The notes under the pieces were generated by a model that was given only the letters and a program-made list of their open reading frames with translations, made no database searches and had not been told where the DNA came from. Shown here piece by piece: positions 1 through 9,064 of a stretch of 45,015 nt of DNA (its first letter is position 1; each line of letters starts with the position of its first letter). This stretch comes from Gemmatimonadota bacterium. Lineage in GTDB: Bacteria > Gemmatimonadota > Gemmatimonadetes > Gemmatimonadales > GWC2-71-9. The stretch lies in the NCBI GenBank assembly GCA_039588295.1, contig JBDHAB010000023.1, forward strand, positions 1 through 45,015. The letters run 5' to 3'. Position numbers and translations under genes: made by a program.

Positions 1-776
1 AGCAGCAGCACTCCGAGCACCGGCCAGAGCGAATCGTACTGCACGAGCGCAATGGGCAGTGGGAGAAGTGTGGCGACGATCGAGCCGATGGAGGGCACGA
101 AGTTCAGGAGAAACGCGGTGATTCCGAACACCAGGGCGAGATCCAGTCGAAACAGCCACAGGATGAGTCCGACCAGGATGCCGGTGGCGGCTGAGGCGGT
201 GATCTTGGTGACGAGGTACTTACGCACCTTCGCGTCCATTTCCTTATAGATGCCGCCCCGGGGAGCCGACGGGCGCCGCGCGCTCACTAAGTAGATCACG
301 AAGATCGTGACCAGGCCGACCTTGCTGACGATACCGACAACCGTCCCCAGAGTTCGCTGAGCGAAGCTGGCGATCGGGAGGCGGCGTACCGCATCGAGGA
401 AGGACTGTTGACTGAGATCCAGTCCCATGCGGTCGAGAACGCCGAAGATCCGGGCGACGAGATCGGCGAGCTTCTCCTGATACACGTCGGCCGACGACAG
501 GAGGCCGCGCACCGATGTCGTGACCAACAGCGCCAACAGCGCGACGGCCACGAGTCCCAGCAGCAAAGCGACGAACACGCCTGCGAGCCGTGGCACGCGG
601 AACCGAAGCTGCAGCAGATCGACCACCGGTGAAACGAGATACGAGATGAAGACGGCCAACACGAAGGGGACCATGATGCTGCGCGTGTAGGCGAGTGCGG
701 CGGCGGCGGCGATGGCCGCGAGGATCACGAGTGATGTGGTCACCAAACGGGATTGCTCGGTGGTGAATGCTGGCAT
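1..776 (-). CDS. AI-2E family transporter, 3' end runs off the window
   Basis: Manual minus-strand translation from ATG 776 is open to the window edge: MPAFTTEQSRLVTTSLVILAAI...PFVLAVFISYLVSPVVDLL...MDAKVRKYLVTK...AFLLNFVPSIGSIVATLLP. It carries the AI-2E-type LNFVPxIG motif. It is missing from the ORF track because no stop lies in the window. Confidence 0.85.
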   Translation of the reverse strand, partial: MPAFTTEQSRLVTTSLVILAAIAAAAALAYTRSIMVPFVLAVFISYLVSPVVDLLQLRFRVPRLAGVFVALLLGLVAVALLALLVTTSVRGLLSSADVYQEKLADLVARIFGVLDRMGLDLSQQSFLDAVRRLPIASFAQRTLGTVVGIVSKVGLVTIFVIYLVSARRPSAPRGGIYKEMDAKVRKYLVTKITASAATGILVGLILWLFRLDLALVFGITAFLLNFVPSIGSIVATLLPLPIALVQYDSLWPVLGVLL

Positions 777-814
777 AAGCCCTCGCGAGGTCGCGTCGGA
801 CAAGTACCTTGACA

Positions 815-852
815 GACGGCCAGACGCCGTGCTGCATCACCGTCTGGCCGTC
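815..852. repeat. Perfect 12-bp inverted repeat downstream of tRNA-Ser (possible terminator or processing hairpin)
   Basis: GACGGCCAGACG (815-826) / CGTCTGGCCGTC (841-852) with a 14-nt loop; no clear U-tract. Confidence 0.5.
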
Positions 853-880
853 GCTGGTCCCGGCTAGAGATCCGGGAACA

Positions 881-967
881 CGGAGAGGGAGGGATTCGAA
901 CCCTCGAGACCCTGACGGGCCTACCGGTTTTCGAGACCGGCTCCTTCAACCACTCGGACACCTCTCC
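881..967 (-). tRNA. tRNA-Ser(CGA), CCA not encoded
   Basis: Reverse complement GGAGAGGTGTCCGAGTGGTTGAAGGAGCCGGTCTCGAAAACCGGTAGGCCCGTCAGGGTCTCGAGGGTTCGAATCCCTCCCTCTCCG. Acceptor stem GGAGAGG/CCTCTCC, anticodon arm CCGGT-CT-CGA-AA-ACCGG, long variable arm, GTTCGAATC T-loop, G discriminator. Confidence 0.97.
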
Positions 968-1071
968 TCGGCCCGTGCATAATAGATTGCAGCCAACGTA
1001 CTTTCCACCCCGGTTGGCGTGGCACAGCCTCAGCGACATCTGGAATACCGTGTAATCGAAGTGTGAGTGTA

Positions 1072-2040
1072 ATGGCGACCATCCTGATTGCCGCCGAGCT
1101 GCAAGAGCTCCTGGACGCCGACCCTGTGCCGGGGCACGCGGTCAGCTGGATCGCCGCCGGCGAGCCGACCCCGGGAGGGGCGTATCCGGCGATCGTCCCC
1201 CTGCTGTCGCGACGATTCGGCGAGGCCGAATTCGCTCGACTCCCCGATCTTCGAATCCTCGCCAACTGTGCTGTGGGGTTCGACAACATCGATCTCGATG
1301 CTGCCGGTCGCCACGGGGTGACGGTGACGAACACGCCGGACGTGCTGACCGAATCGACTGCCGATCTCACGTGGGCGCTCATTTTGGCCGTCGCTCGACG
1401 TCTCAAAGAGGGTACGGCCATGATCGAGCAGGGAAGCTGGAAGGGGTGGGAGCCCCGCCAACTCCTCGGTCTCGAGTTGACCGGTAGCACCCTGGGGATC
1501 GTGGGCGCCGGTCGAATCGGGCAGGCGGTTGGCCGAAGAGCGCTGGGGTTCGGAATGGGGCTGCTCTATACGGACCGCTCGGCGCGGACGGAGTTCGAAA
1601 CTGCAACCGGCGCGAGGCGAGTTGACCTGGATCACCTCTTGGCCGACAGTGACGTCGTCACCGTACACGTGCCCTCGTCGGACGAGACGCGCGGCATGGC
1701 TGACGCTGCGTGGTTCGCGCGCATGCGGCCGGGGAGCCTGTTCATCAACACGGCCAGGGGAGATCTCATCGATGAACGGGCGTTGATCGATGCCGTGTAT
1801 GGGGGTCGCTTGGGTGGCGCTGGGCTCGACGTGTTTCGCAACGAGCCTCGCGTTCATCCGGCGCTCGTGATGCATCCGCGTGTCGTGACGCTCCCGCACA
1901 TCGGGAGTGCCACTACAGCGACGCGGCGCGCCATGGCAGCACTGGCCGTGGGAAACGTACGGGCTGTCCTAGTGGGAAAGGCGCCACTCAGCCCGGTCCC
2001 GCTGGGGCGCGACGAGCACCGGAGCTCGGATACCGCCTGA
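1072..2040 (+). CDS. D-2-hydroxyacid dehydrogenase (glyoxylate/hydroxypyruvate reductase, GhrB-like)
   Basis: AVGFDNID, VTNTPDVLT, GAGRIG Rossmann motif, INTARG, GLDVFxxEP, PHIGSAT catalytic His. ATG 1072 preferred over GTG 1063. Confidence 0.9.
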   Translation: MATILIAAELQELLDADPVPGHAVSWIAAGEPTPGGAYPAIVPLLSRRFGEAEFARLPDLRILANCAVGFDNIDLDAAGRHGVTVTNTPDVLTESTADLTWALILAVARRLKEGTAMIEQGSWKGWEPRQLLGLELTGSTLGIVGAGRIGQAVGRRALGFGMGLLYTDRSARTEFETATGARRVDLDHLLADSDVVTVHVPSSDETRGMADAAWFARMRPGSLFINTARGDLIDERALIDAVYGGRLGGAGLDVFRNEPRVHPALVMHPRVVTLPHIGSATTATRRAMAALAVGNVRAVLVGKAPLSPVPLGRDEHRSSDTA

Positions 2041-2134
2041 GGTCTCGCCGGTGGGTCGCGCGGACCCGCGGTGCGGCTCGGCGGGTGCACCGCGTGCCGT
2101 GCGCGCAACCACAACGGTAGCGGGCTCGCGCGCG

Positions 2135-2163
2135 TTGACGCTCCACGGCACCCCGCCTAACTT
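2135..2163 (+). promoter_or_regulatory. Putative sigma70 promoter of pyrRBC
   Basis: TTGACG (2135-2140), 17 nt spacer, TAACTT (2158-2163); the pyrR ATG is at 2175. Confidence 0.6.
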
Positions 2164-2174
2164 GCGGCACGACG

Positions 2175-2726
2175 ATGACCCCCCCTGAGCGACAGACCCT
2201 CCTCGACGGTGCCGACATCGCCGCGGCACTCGATCGCATGGCTAGTGACATCGTAATGTTGGCAGGCGGGACCGACCGTCTCGTCGTCGTGGGTATCCAG
2301 CGGCGCGGATCCGATCTCGCACACCGGTTGGCCCGGCACATTGCCGAGCGCGAGGGCATTACGGTACCGATCGGCGCCATGGACATCACGTTGTATCGCG
2401 ACGATCTCGGGACCGTGGGACCGCGGCCGGTTGTTGGCGAGACCCATTTGCCGGTGGACCTCGACCACAAGGTCATCGTGATCGTCGACGACGTGCTGTT
2501 CACCGGTCGGACCATCCGTGCGGCGCTCGACCAACTCGCAGACTTCGGGCGACCGGCGCGCATTGGTCTGGCGGTGTTGGTCGATCGCGGTGGACGGGAG
2601 TTGCCGATTCAGGCCGATATCGTCGGAGCGACCGTCGATGTAGAGCCCGGTGATCGCGTGGACGTGTGTGTTGCAGAGCAGGATGGCCGTGATGCGGTAG
2701 AGCTGGTACACGGAGGCAGAACGTGA
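2175..2726 (+). CDS. pyrR: PyrR / uracil phosphoribosyltransferase
   Basis: [19 protein letters not shown] motif [22 protein letters not shown]; directly upstream of pyrB. Confidence 0.95.
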   Translation: MTPPERQTLLDGADIAAALDRMASDIVMLAGGTDRLVVVGIQRRGSDLAHRLARHIAEREGITVPIGAMDITLYRDDLGTVGPRPVVGETHLPVDLDHKVIVIVDDVLFTGRTIRAALDQLADFGRPARIGLAVLVDRGGRELPIQADIVGATVDVEPGDRVDVCVAEQDGRDAVELVHGGRT

Positions 2727-3697
2727 CGGCGCCATCGCTCGGCAAAGATTTGTTGGGACTGGAGCCGCTTTCGCGGGAGCAGATTCAACTCATCCTCGAC
2801 ACCGCCGAGCCGTTCAAAGAAGTCAGTGAACGCGCGATCAAGAAAGTGCCGACGCTCCGAGGCAAGACCATCGTCAATCTCTTCTTCGAAGCCTCCACGC
2901 GCACCCGTATCTCCTTCGAGTTTGCCGAGAAGCGCCTCTCCGCCGACACTGTCAATGTCGCGGCGCAAGGGTCGTCGGTGCAGAAAGGCGAGAACCTCGT
3001 CGACACGGCCCGCAACCTCGAGGCGATGCGGATCGATATGGTGGTGATGCGGCACCCCTCCTCCGGAGCCGCCAACTTCCTGGCCGAACGCATCCGATCG
3101 AATGTCGTGAACGCCGGCGACGGAACGCACGAGCACCCGACTCAGGCGCTCTTGGACATGCTGACGATCCGCGATCACATGGGTCGGCTCGAAGGGCTCA
3201 AGGTCTGCATCTGCGGCGACATCACCCACAGCCGTGTGGCACGCAGCAACATCTGGGGTCTCACGAAGCTCGGGGCGGAGGTGGCGGTGTGTGGACCCCA
3301 GAGCCTGTTGCCGGGGGCGATCGGCGATCTGGGCGTGACGGTGTTTCGGCGCATCGAGGAAGCGATTGAGTGGGCGGATGTCCTCAACGTTCTGCGACTC
3401 CAGCTCGAGCGAATGGAGGCGGGATACATCCCGTCGTTGCGCGAGTACTATCGGGTCTTTGGGGTCACGCGGGAACGACTCGAGCGTGCCTCCCGGGAAA
3501 TCCTGATCCTGCATCCGGGACCGATGAACCGCGGTGTCGAGATCGACTCTCAGGTCGCCGACGGCCCGCACTCCGTCATCTTGGAGCAGGTGACGAACGG
3601 TGTGGCCGTGCGCATGGCGGCGCTGTACCTGCTGTCCGGGGGCCGGCCAGAGCTGGCGGAGGCCGCGAAGGGAGCGGAGCGAGGGAGCGGAGCATGA
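2723..3697 (+). CDS. pyrB: Aspartate carbamoyltransferase catalytic subunit
   Basis: [51 protein letters not shown]. Confidence 0.98.
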   Translation: MTAPSLGKDLLGLEPLSREQIQLILDTAEPFKEVSERAIKKVPTLRGKTIVNLFFEASTRTRISFEFAEKRLSADTVNVAAQGSSVQKGENLVDTARNLEAMRIDMVVMRHPSSGAANFLAERIRSNVVNAGDGTHEHPTQALLDMLTIRDHMGRLEGLKVCICGDITHSRVARSNIWGLTKLGAEVAVCGPQSLLPGAIGDLGVTVFRRIEEAIEWADVLNVLRLQLERMEAGYIPSLREYYRVFGVTRERLERASREILILHPGPMNRGVEIDSQVADGPHSVILEQVTNGVAVRMAALYLLSGGRPELAEAAKGAERGSGA

Positions 3698-4983
3698 AAC
3701 CGGTGCTGCTCAAAGGTGGACGGGTGATCGATCCGTCCCAGGCGCTTGACGGGATCGCCGACGTCCTGATCGTGCAGGGGAGGATCGAGGCGGTCGGATC
3801 GGGGCTCGGTGTTCCGGATGGTGCAGAGCTCACCGACGTTTCGGGCAAGGTCGTGGCACCGGGCCTCGTCGACGTCCACGTGCACCTGAGAGAACCGGGC
3901 CGGGAAGACGCCGAGACGGTGGCGTCGGGCGCCCGGGCGGCTGCGGCAGGCGGGTTCACCTCCGTGTGCGCGATGCCCAACACGGATCCGGTGACTGACA
4001 ACCAGGCGGCGGTTGGCTTCATCGTGAAGCAGGCCGCGGCGGCACGGGGAGCCCGCGTCTACCCCGTCGGTGCGATCTCGGTTGGTCAAAAGGGCGAGCG
4101 GCTCGCCGAGTTCGGAGAGATGGTTGGCGCCGGCGCCGTCGCCGTGAGTGACGACGGTCACCCGGTGGCCTCGAGCCATCTCATGCGAACGGCGCTCGAA
4201 TATGCCAGGTCCTTTGGCATCCCGATCGCCGAGCACTGTGAGGACCCCGCACTCTCGAAGCATGGTGTGATGCACGCTGGAATCGTGGCCACGCGCCTCG
4301 GCCTTCGCGGAATCCCAGCGGCCGCCGAGGAGATCATGGTGGCGCGGAACATCCTCTTGAGTGAGTTGACGGGCGGGCACATCCACCTGTGCCACATGTC
4401 GACGCGGGGCTCGGTCGACCTGATTCGTTGGGGAAAGGAGCGGGGCGCAAACGTCTCAGCTGAAGCGACGCCTCACCATTTCTCGCTCACGCACGAAGCC
4501 TGCGAGGGCTACGACACCAACGCCAAGATGAATCCGCCGTTGCGAGAGCTGGCGGACGTCGAGGCCGTCAGGGAGGGCCTCAAGGACGGAACGTTGGATG
4601 CCGTCGCGACCGACCACGCCCCGCATCACTATGAGGCCAAGGAACGGGAGTTCGACGATGCGCCGTTCGGTGTGGTGGGACTCGAGACGGCGTTGGGTCT
4701 GGGGATCACGAAGCTCGTCGCGCGGGGGGGCTTGACGCTCTCCGAGCTCATTGACCGTATGAGCACGCGTCCGGCGCGGCTCTTCCACCTGCCGGCCGGG
4801 ACCCTACGGGCGGGCGTGGCGGCTGATGTCGTAGTGGTCGACCCTGACGCGCAGTGGACCGTCGATCCTCAGCGGTTTCACTCCAAGAGCCGGAACACCC
4901 CGTTTGCCGGGTGGACGCTCAGTGGGCTTGTCCATCGGACCTTCGTGGGCGGGGTCACGGTCTTTGAGGCCGGAGCGTCGTAG
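3694..4983 (+). CDS. pyrC: Dihydroorotase (type I)
   Basis: ATG overlaps the pyrB stop (ATGA). [36 protein letters not shown]. Confidence 0.97.
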   Translation: MKPVLLKGGRVIDPSQALDGIADVLIVQGRIEAVGSGLGVPDGAELTDVSGKVVAPGLVDVHVHLREPGREDAETVASGARAAAAGGFTSVCAMPNTDPVTDNQAAVGFIVKQAAAARGARVYPVGAISVGQKGERLAEFGEMVGAGAVAVSDDGHPVASSHLMRTALEYARSFGIPIAEHCEDPALSKHGVMHAGIVATRLGLRGIPAAAEEIMVARNILLSELTGGHIHLCHMSTRGSVDLIRWGKERGANVSAEATPHHFSLTHEACEGYDTNAKMNPPLRELADVEAVREGLKDGTLDAVATDHAPHHYEAKEREFDDAPFGVVGLETALGLGITKLVARGGLTLSELIDRMSTRPARLFHLPAGTLRAGVAADVVVVDPDAQWTVDPQRFHSKSRNTPFAGWTLSGLVHRTFVGGVTVFEAGAS

Positions 4984-5120
4984 AATCCCTCCTGGGCGGC
5001 TCCGGTCGCCCACTCGCGCCAAAACGCTTTATCTTATAGAGTTACTACCGATCCCGCCGGGGTGACGGTGGGCCGCATCAGTCCGACGGTGCGTTGGTAT
5101 GGGTCGACCAAGAGGACGAC

Positions 5121-5969
5121 ATGGCGAAACGACAGAAGCATTCGACCGCGGCAATTCAGAGCCTGCTGGATGAGCGGAGCCAAATCGAGCGTTGGCTGCG
5201 CCGGCTGGGCATGGCCACGGACCAGACGCCGGAGAACGTTCGGCGCAAGGTCCGCACGGACTACGGTCGGCGGCTGGACGCCATCCTGGAGGAACTGCAG
5301 GGCTATCGGGAGGAGCTCGTCCTGACGCTCGAGCAGCATCGGGATCTTCGCGATGGCCTGGTGAAGCAGGAGGAGGACGCGTCGGAGAGTCTCGCCGAGG
5401 CGGAGCTGCGGCATTCCGTTGGCGAATATGATGAACCAAAGTGGTCGGCGATTCGGTCGGAGATCCTTGAGTCGTTGACGAGGATCCGCGACGAACTCAG
5501 TGGGGCGCAGCAGGAGATTTCGAGTCTCGAGGAGGTACTCGAGGCGATCGACGCTTCGGGAGGTGCGGAGGACGAGGAATTCGACGACGAAGAGCACGTA
5601 TCGGCAGAATCGCTGGAGGAAGCGGCTCATGAAGCCGTGGACGCCGGCGAGCTGGAAGCGCCCGAACCCGAAGGGGGGAGCGAGGCCGGGGAGGGCGTAG
5701 GTTCCCGGAAAACCGACGAACTTGCCTTTCTCCAATCAGTGATCCAGCCCGACCGGGCCACTCCCGACAGCTCCTCGCCCAAGAAGGTGGAGGCGCCGGC
5801 GCAGGAAGCTGGTGTGGGGGCGGACGGGGTCGAGCAGGTCAAGCGGAGAGGGATTCGACCGGCGAAGGGTTCGTCCAAGAAGACGGTGAAGTGCGCCGAA
5901 TGTGGGACGCTGAATCTTCCTACGGAGTGGTACTGCGAAAACTGCGGAGCGGAGCTGACCGCGCTGTAG
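5121..5969 (+). CDS. Hypothetical protein: N-terminal coiled coil, acidic linker, C-terminal zinc ribbon
   Basis: AGAGGA RBS before ATG 5121. Helical heptad-rich first ~140 aa, D/E-rich linker, C-terminal CAECGTLNLPTEWYCENCGAEL. Confidence 0.8.
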   Translation: MAKRQKHSTAAIQSLLDERSQIERWLRRLGMATDQTPENVRRKVRTDYGRRLDAILEELQGYREELVLTLEQHRDLRDGLVKQEEDASESLAEAELRHSVGEYDEPKWSAIRSEILESLTRIRDELSGAQQEISSLEEVLEAIDASGGAEDEEFDDEEHVSAESLEEAAHEAVDAGELEAPEPEGGSEAGEGVGSRKTDELAFLQSVIQPDRATPDSSSPKKVEAPAQEAGVGADGVEQVKRRGIRPAKGSSKKTVKCAECGTLNLPTEWYCENCGAELTAL

Positions 5970-5970
5970 G

Positions 5971-6234
5971 CTAGCTGGTCAGCCCCTTGGTCTTTGCGTT
6001 CTTGTGGAGCCGCCGCTTGGTGCGGGCGGCCGTGTTTTTGGCGATCAGTCCTTTGCGCGCGGCGCGATCCAGTGCTCGCTCGGCTTCCTCCGTCGCGACC
6101 CGTGCCTCTTCGGCCGTGGCGGCGCCTCGCGCCTTCTTGACCGCCGTGCGGATCGCCGCGCGTTGTACGCGATTCCGCGTTCGGCGCTTGACTGACTGCC
6201 GCATGCGCTTCTTGGTGGAACGAATGGTCGGCAC
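5971..6234 (-). CDS. rpsT: 30S ribosomal protein S20
   Basis: GTG start after GAGGGAG. MPTIRSTKKRMRQSVKRRTRNR...RTAVKK...LDRAARKGLIAKNTAARTKRRL. Confidence 0.96.
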   Translation of the reverse strand: MPTIRSTKKRMRQSVKRRTRNRVQRAAIRTAVKKARGAATAEEARVATEEAERALDRAARKGLIAKNTAARTKRRLHKNAKTKGLTS

Positions 6235-6289
6235 AGCATCTCCCTCGGTGCAAAAACGGGGCACGCCGCCCCGAGAAAAACAGAGCGGT

Positions 6290-6318
6290 ATACTACCGCG
6301 CAAGTCTTGTAGAGTCAA
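6290..6318 (-). promoter_or_regulatory. Putative sigma70 promoter of rpsT
   Basis: Minus strand TTGACT (6318-6313), 17 nt, TAGTAT (6295-6290). Confidence 0.6.
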
Positions 6319-6330
6319 GGCGGTACGCCT

Positions 6331-6359
6331 TTGACACCACTTGGGGGGGCCGTTAGGTT
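6331..6359 (+). promoter_or_regulatory. Putative sigma70 promoter of the long plus-strand operon
   Basis: TTGACA (6331-6336), 17 nt, TAGGTT (6354-6359). Confidence 0.6.
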
Positions 6360-6392
6360 TCGGCCGCAGCCGACCGGCGGATCACCCCCAAA

Positions 6393-7076
6393 GTGCAAGA
6401 GTTTCTTCTCGCGCTCCCCGTGCTGCTCCTTTCGATGGTGGCGCACGAATACGCGCACGGATATGCCGCGCTCAAGCAGGGCGACCCCACAGCGTTCCAG
6501 CTGGGGCGGCTGACATTTAATCCACTCAAGCACATTGACCCGTTTTTCACGGTCCTTATGCCGTTGATGCTGTTCTTTGGGTCTGGTGGCCGGCTGATCT
6601 TCGGAGGGGCCAAACCCGTGCCGGTGAACCCGAGGAATTACCGCAACTACAAGCGGGGAGACGTGATCGTTTCGTCCGCAGGCATTGTGGTGAACCTGTG
6701 CCTAGTCGTGGTCTGTGTTGGTGCGGCCCTTGCGGCTGGCCTCCTGGGTGGGCTCATCGGGGCTGAGAGCGTCTTTGCAGTGATCCAACGCATGTTCGCT
6801 TGGGGAGTGTGGCTCAACCTCCTGCTCGCGTTCTTCAACTTGATTCCCGTGCCGCCGCTCGACGGCTCGCACTTGCTCTATCATGCGCTTCCGCCTCGCC
6901 TGGGTTCCCGGTATCGGCAGCTCGGCCGTTATGGGCTGCTGCTGCTGGTCGGGCTCGTGTTCGTCACGCCCGGCGCACTTTGGGCACTCCTCACTCCGGC
7001 GCTGGTGCTGCAGCGATTCGCGTGTGAGCTGATGGGGCCGTATACCCTGCAGCCGTTGCCGGTGTGCTTCCCATGA
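6393..7076 (+). CDS. Site-2 protease (M50) family protein
   Basis: HEYAH zinc motif in a TM segment, GRLTFNPLKHIDP, FNLIPVPPLDGSH. Confidence 0.93.
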   Translation: MQEFLLALPVLLLSMVAHEYAHGYAALKQGDPTAFQLGRLTFNPLKHIDPFFTVLMPLMLFFGSGGRLIFGGAKPVPVNPRNYRNYKRGDVIVSSAGIVVNLCLVVVCVGAALAAGLLGGLIGAESVFAVIQRMFAWGVWLNLLLAFFNLIPVPPLDGSHLLYHALPPRLGSRYRQLGRYGLLLLVGLVFVTPGALWALLTPALVLQRFACELMGPYTLQPLPVCFP

Positions 7077-7807
7077 CGACCGTTCCCATTGGTGCGTCTG
7101 AGTCTCCGTTTGTGGTCCGGCTGGATGCGTTCTCCGGGCCGCTCGATCTCCTCCTGCACCTGATACGCGAACAGGAGATCGATATCGCCGACATTCCGAT
7201 TGCCACGATCGCGGACCAGTTCCTCGAGGCCATCAACGAGCTGGGGCTCAACGAGGCGGCGGACTACCTCGAGATGGCAGCGCAGTTGCTCCGAATCAAG
7301 ATCCAACTGCTCCTCCCGCGGCCGTTCGATGAAGAGGGGTGGGAAGATCCGCGAGCGGAGCTGGTACGCCGGCTGCTGGAGTACGAGCAGATCCGAGAAG
7401 TGGCCAGCTGGTTGGTGGAACAGGTCAGCCAACAGGGTGACCGATTCCCTCGCGGCTGGTTGCCGGAGCTGCCCGAGCGACCGCCCCGACCGCTCCACCT
7501 CACGGTCGAGGACTTACTCTTGGCGGTCGAGCAGGTAATCGAGGCGATGCCGGAGCCGGTATTGCACCGCGTCGTGCCCCGACCACTCGACGTCGAAGGC
7601 GCCACGACCCGGATCCGAGCACTGTTCGCGTCGCGAGACGAGGTGAACTTGTGGGAGATTCTCGGCGACGGCCCGACGATTTCGGACATCTTGTCGTCGC
7701 TGCTCGCCCTCCTCGAGCTCGCAAAGATCGGGTTCCTCCACCTCGCGCAGCACCAACCCTTCGGCTCTCTTGTGATTAACCGTGCAACCGCTGACCCGAC
7801 TGCTTGA
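7073..7807 (+). CDS. scpA: Segregation and condensation protein A (kleisin)
   Basis: FSGPLDLLLHLI, ADYLEMAAQLLRIK, EDPRAELVRRLLEYE, LALLELAK. Confidence 0.95.
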   Translation: MTTVPIGASESPFVVRLDAFSGPLDLLLHLIREQEIDIADIPIATIADQFLEAINELGLNEAADYLEMAAQLLRIKIQLLLPRPFDEEGWEDPRAELVRRLLEYEQIREVASWLVEQVSQQGDRFPRGWLPELPERPPRPLHLTVEDLLLAVEQVIEAMPEPVLHRVVPRPLDVEGATTRIRALFASRDEVNLWEILGDGPTISDILSSLLALLELAKIGFLHLAQHQPFGSLVINRATADPTA

Positions 7808-8339
7808 AGCGGCGTTGTTCGCCGCCGCACACCCGCTCACGCTGGCGGACCTGGCCCGCCTCGCGCCGGAGGCATCCCGCGCGGAACTTGTCCAGGCAGT
7901 GAATGAGCTGCGCGAGCACTACGAGCAGGGTGAGCACGGCATAGAGCTGCTCTCGCTGGCTGATGGGTTCCAAGTGGTCACGCGACCACGCTTTGCGGAG
8001 GCAATTGCGGAAGCCCAATTGGTGCAGCGTCCTCGAAAACCCTCCCGGGCCGCGCTCGAGACGCTGGCGGTGATCGCCTACCGTCAGCCCGTGAGTCGGG
8101 CCGAGATCGAGGAGATCCGGGGTGTCAACGTCGAAGGAATGCTTCGGTCGCTTCATGAGCGGGGAATCATCGAGGTCGTTGGCCGAGCGGAGGGGCTCGG
8201 CCGACCACTCCTGTACGGGACGACGTCGCTCTTCCTCGAGTTGGTCGGGCTGGGTTCTCAAGACGAGCTTCCGCGACTCGAGGAACTCGAGGTCGCGCTC
8301 AGACCGCCGACGGAGCAGGGGGAATTCGGCGAGCCGTGA
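7782..8339 (+). CDS. scpB: Segregation and condensation protein B
   Basis: LEAALFA, SRAALETLAVIAYRQPVSRAEIEEIRGV, GRPLLYGTT. Confidence 0.96.
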   Translation: MQPLTRLLEAALFAAAHPLTLADLARLAPEASRAELVQAVNELREHYEQGEHGIELLSLADGFQVVTRPRFAEAIAEAQLVQRPRKPSRAALETLAVIAYRQPVSRAEIEEIRGVNVEGMLRSLHERGIIEVVGRAEGLGRPLLYGTTSLFLELVGLGSQDELPRLEELEVALRPPTEQGEFGEP

Positions 8340-9049
8340 CACGGATGCGGTTGCAGCGGGCCCTGGCGCGGGCTGGGGTCACGTCTCGACGCCGCGCCGA
8401 AATCCTCATCAAGGACGGGTCCGTTCGCGTGAACGGAACCGTTGCGACCATTGGCATGTCGGTTGATCCCGATCGCGATGTCATCACCGTCGGGCGGAAG
8501 AGAGTCAAGCCCGCCGAGCCGACCTGGATCGCGCTGCACAAACCGGTCGGGCATGTGGTGACGAAGCGCGACCCGAGTGGACGTCCCACCGTGTTCGAGC
8601 TGCTGCCCAACGTGCGGGCGCTGACGTACGTGGGTCGATTGGACGTGATGACGTCTGGATTGCTACTGCTGACGACCGATGGCACTGCCGCCCACCACCT
8701 GATGCACCCTCGGTATGAGGTGCCGCGCACCTATTGGGTACTGGTGCATGGACGCTCGTCGGGCGACATTCGTCGAGGGCTCGAGCGACCGATCGTCATC
8801 GATCGCCGTGCCGTGCGCATCGACGACGTCACGGTCCGGGAACGCAGTGGTGCCGTCGAGCTGGTGCTGGTGCTCAAGGAGGGGCGATACCGGATTGTCC
8901 GGCGTCTGTGTACACACCTCGGACTGAAAGTCGAGCGTCTCGTTCGGCTCAGCTATGGTCCGGTCCGGCTTGGCAACCTGCGACCTGGACAGTGGCGGCA
9001 CCTGACTAAACGGGAACTCAAGGAGCTTCAGGTGCTCGGCGTCGCCTGA
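8336..9049 (+). CDS. rluB: rRNA pseudouridine synthase (RluB/RsuA family, S4 domain)
   Basis: RLQRALARAGVTSRRRAE S4 domain, HKPVG, VGRLDVMTSGLLLLT catalytic Asp, EGRYRIVRR; the scpAB-rluB order is typical. Confidence 0.88.
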   Translation: MTRMRLQRALARAGVTSRRRAEILIKDGSVRVNGTVATIGMSVDPDRDVITVGRKRVKPAEPTWIALHKPVGHVVTKRDPSGRPTVFELLPNVRALTYVGRLDVMTSGLLLLTTDGTAAHHLMHPRYEVPRTYWVLVHGRSSGDIRRGLERPIVIDRRAVRIDDVTVRERSGAVELVLVLKEGRYRIVRRLCTHLGLKVERLVRLSYGPVRLGNLRPGQWRHLTKRELKELQVLGVA

Positions 9050-9064
9050 AGCGGGTGGGGGAGA

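Noticed and set aside
240..300. Possible frameshift in the AI-2E gene at the C/G run
   Set aside because: Careful translation keeps the frame open (SAPRGGIYKEMD). The gene is only cut by the window edge.
809..840. Plus-strand TTGACA that could drive an antisense transcript to tRNA-Ser
   Set aside because: No credible -10 at 16-18 nt spacing.
3370..3693. N-terminal extensions in the ORF track for pyrC (likewise mutL, miaA, nuoC, nuoD, nuoI, dcd, rpsT, M20, NSAR, GNAT, amidohydrolase)
   Set aside because: They overlap upstream genes or promoters. Internal starts with stop/start overlap or an RBS match the family N-termini better.
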